Origin: Mizuhopecten yessoensis
Lineage: Eukaryota
Reading direction: 5' to 3'
NCBI RefSeq assembly: GCF_002113885.1
Contig: NW_018408382.1
Location: 127,693-191,692, forward strand
Length of the DNA: 64,000 nucleotides
Shown: positions 63,400 through 64,000 of the stretch, piece by piece
How positions within the stretch are numbered: the first letter of the stretch is position 1
How the letters are laid out: each line of letters begins with the position of its first letter
The notes under the pieces: generated by a model
The model's database searches: none
What the model saw: the letters and a program-made list of their open reading frames with translations, nothing else
Told to the model about the DNA's origin: nothing
Translations under genes and position numbers: made by a program

Positions 63400-64000
63400 G
63401 CACATGTAATTAAAACCATGATAAAGAAAAGAGACCGTCTTTATAAGAAATATCAAAAGACTGGCAGTCAAATACAAAACCAACTGAGGCATACTTATTG
63501 GAACTTCATAGAAGACATTGTCTCTCCCAAAGCTGATACCAATTAATTCAATCTTATGAAAAGGTTCTGGACTTAAATAATGCCCAAAGATAGCATTTTT
63601 TTACCAGTCATGTGGATAAAGCTAACATCCAACACTGACAATTTCAGTTATTTCTATTTCTGATAGTTCTGATTAGTTCAAAAACATTCGACCAAGACTA
63701 TCCAATATATGGTATTATTACCCTGAAATTTCTCATTTCCACATAACAACTAAGGGTATTGAAAAGCTACTCCTCAAGCTAGACAACAAAGTTGCAGGAC
63801 AAGATCTCATCAAGCCTTAAGTCCTCAAGAAGTTAGCTACTGAAATATCTCTCATCCTCTGCCTCATCTTCCAACGATCCCTGGTTACCAGTCACGCTCC
63901 ATCTGACTGGAGGACGGCAGATATTGCCCCTGTATATAAGAAAGGCCCAAAATACAACCCAGTATATCTGTTGCAAGCTATTAGAGCACATCATTGTCAG
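63400..64000 (+). mobile_element. Degenerate CR1-group LINE ORF2 fragment
   Basis: Decayed KRDRLYKK, KRFWT, ITTKGIEKLLLKL and IFQRSL...PSDWRTADIAPVYKKG motifs. Confidence 0.8.

Overview
AT-rich, intron-rich animal genomic DNA. The repeat complement and gene content suggest a bivalve mollusc; this is inferred, not tested. Exons were assembled by hand from splice sites and reading-frame phase. Genes: (1) the first two coding exons of SLC25A26 (minus), head-to-head with (2) a 10-exon, 642-aa Lys/Glu-rich protein built from a triplicated two-exon module; (3) a cluster of four paralogous secreted-peptide genes (about 19.4-37.7 kb) with big-defensin-type precursor and exon layout, but carrying TWO tandem beta-defensin-like six-Cys modules, a His tract and net acidic charge. 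One copy is intact, one runs into an assembly gap and two are broken; three homologous TATA promoters survive. (4) a death-domain terminal exon; (5) a complete 8-coding-exon NF-YB gene with a U12-type intron. Mobile DNA includes tRNA-promoter TRIMs (Helenus-like, one complete with PBS, PPT and a 4-bp TSD), several MITEs, DIRS, Penelope, L2 and CR1 remnants, Helentron-like elements and several minisatellites. The best candidate for an undescribed system is the double-beta-defensin, big-defensin-like gene cluster. No database searches were possible, so family names rest on motif recognition.
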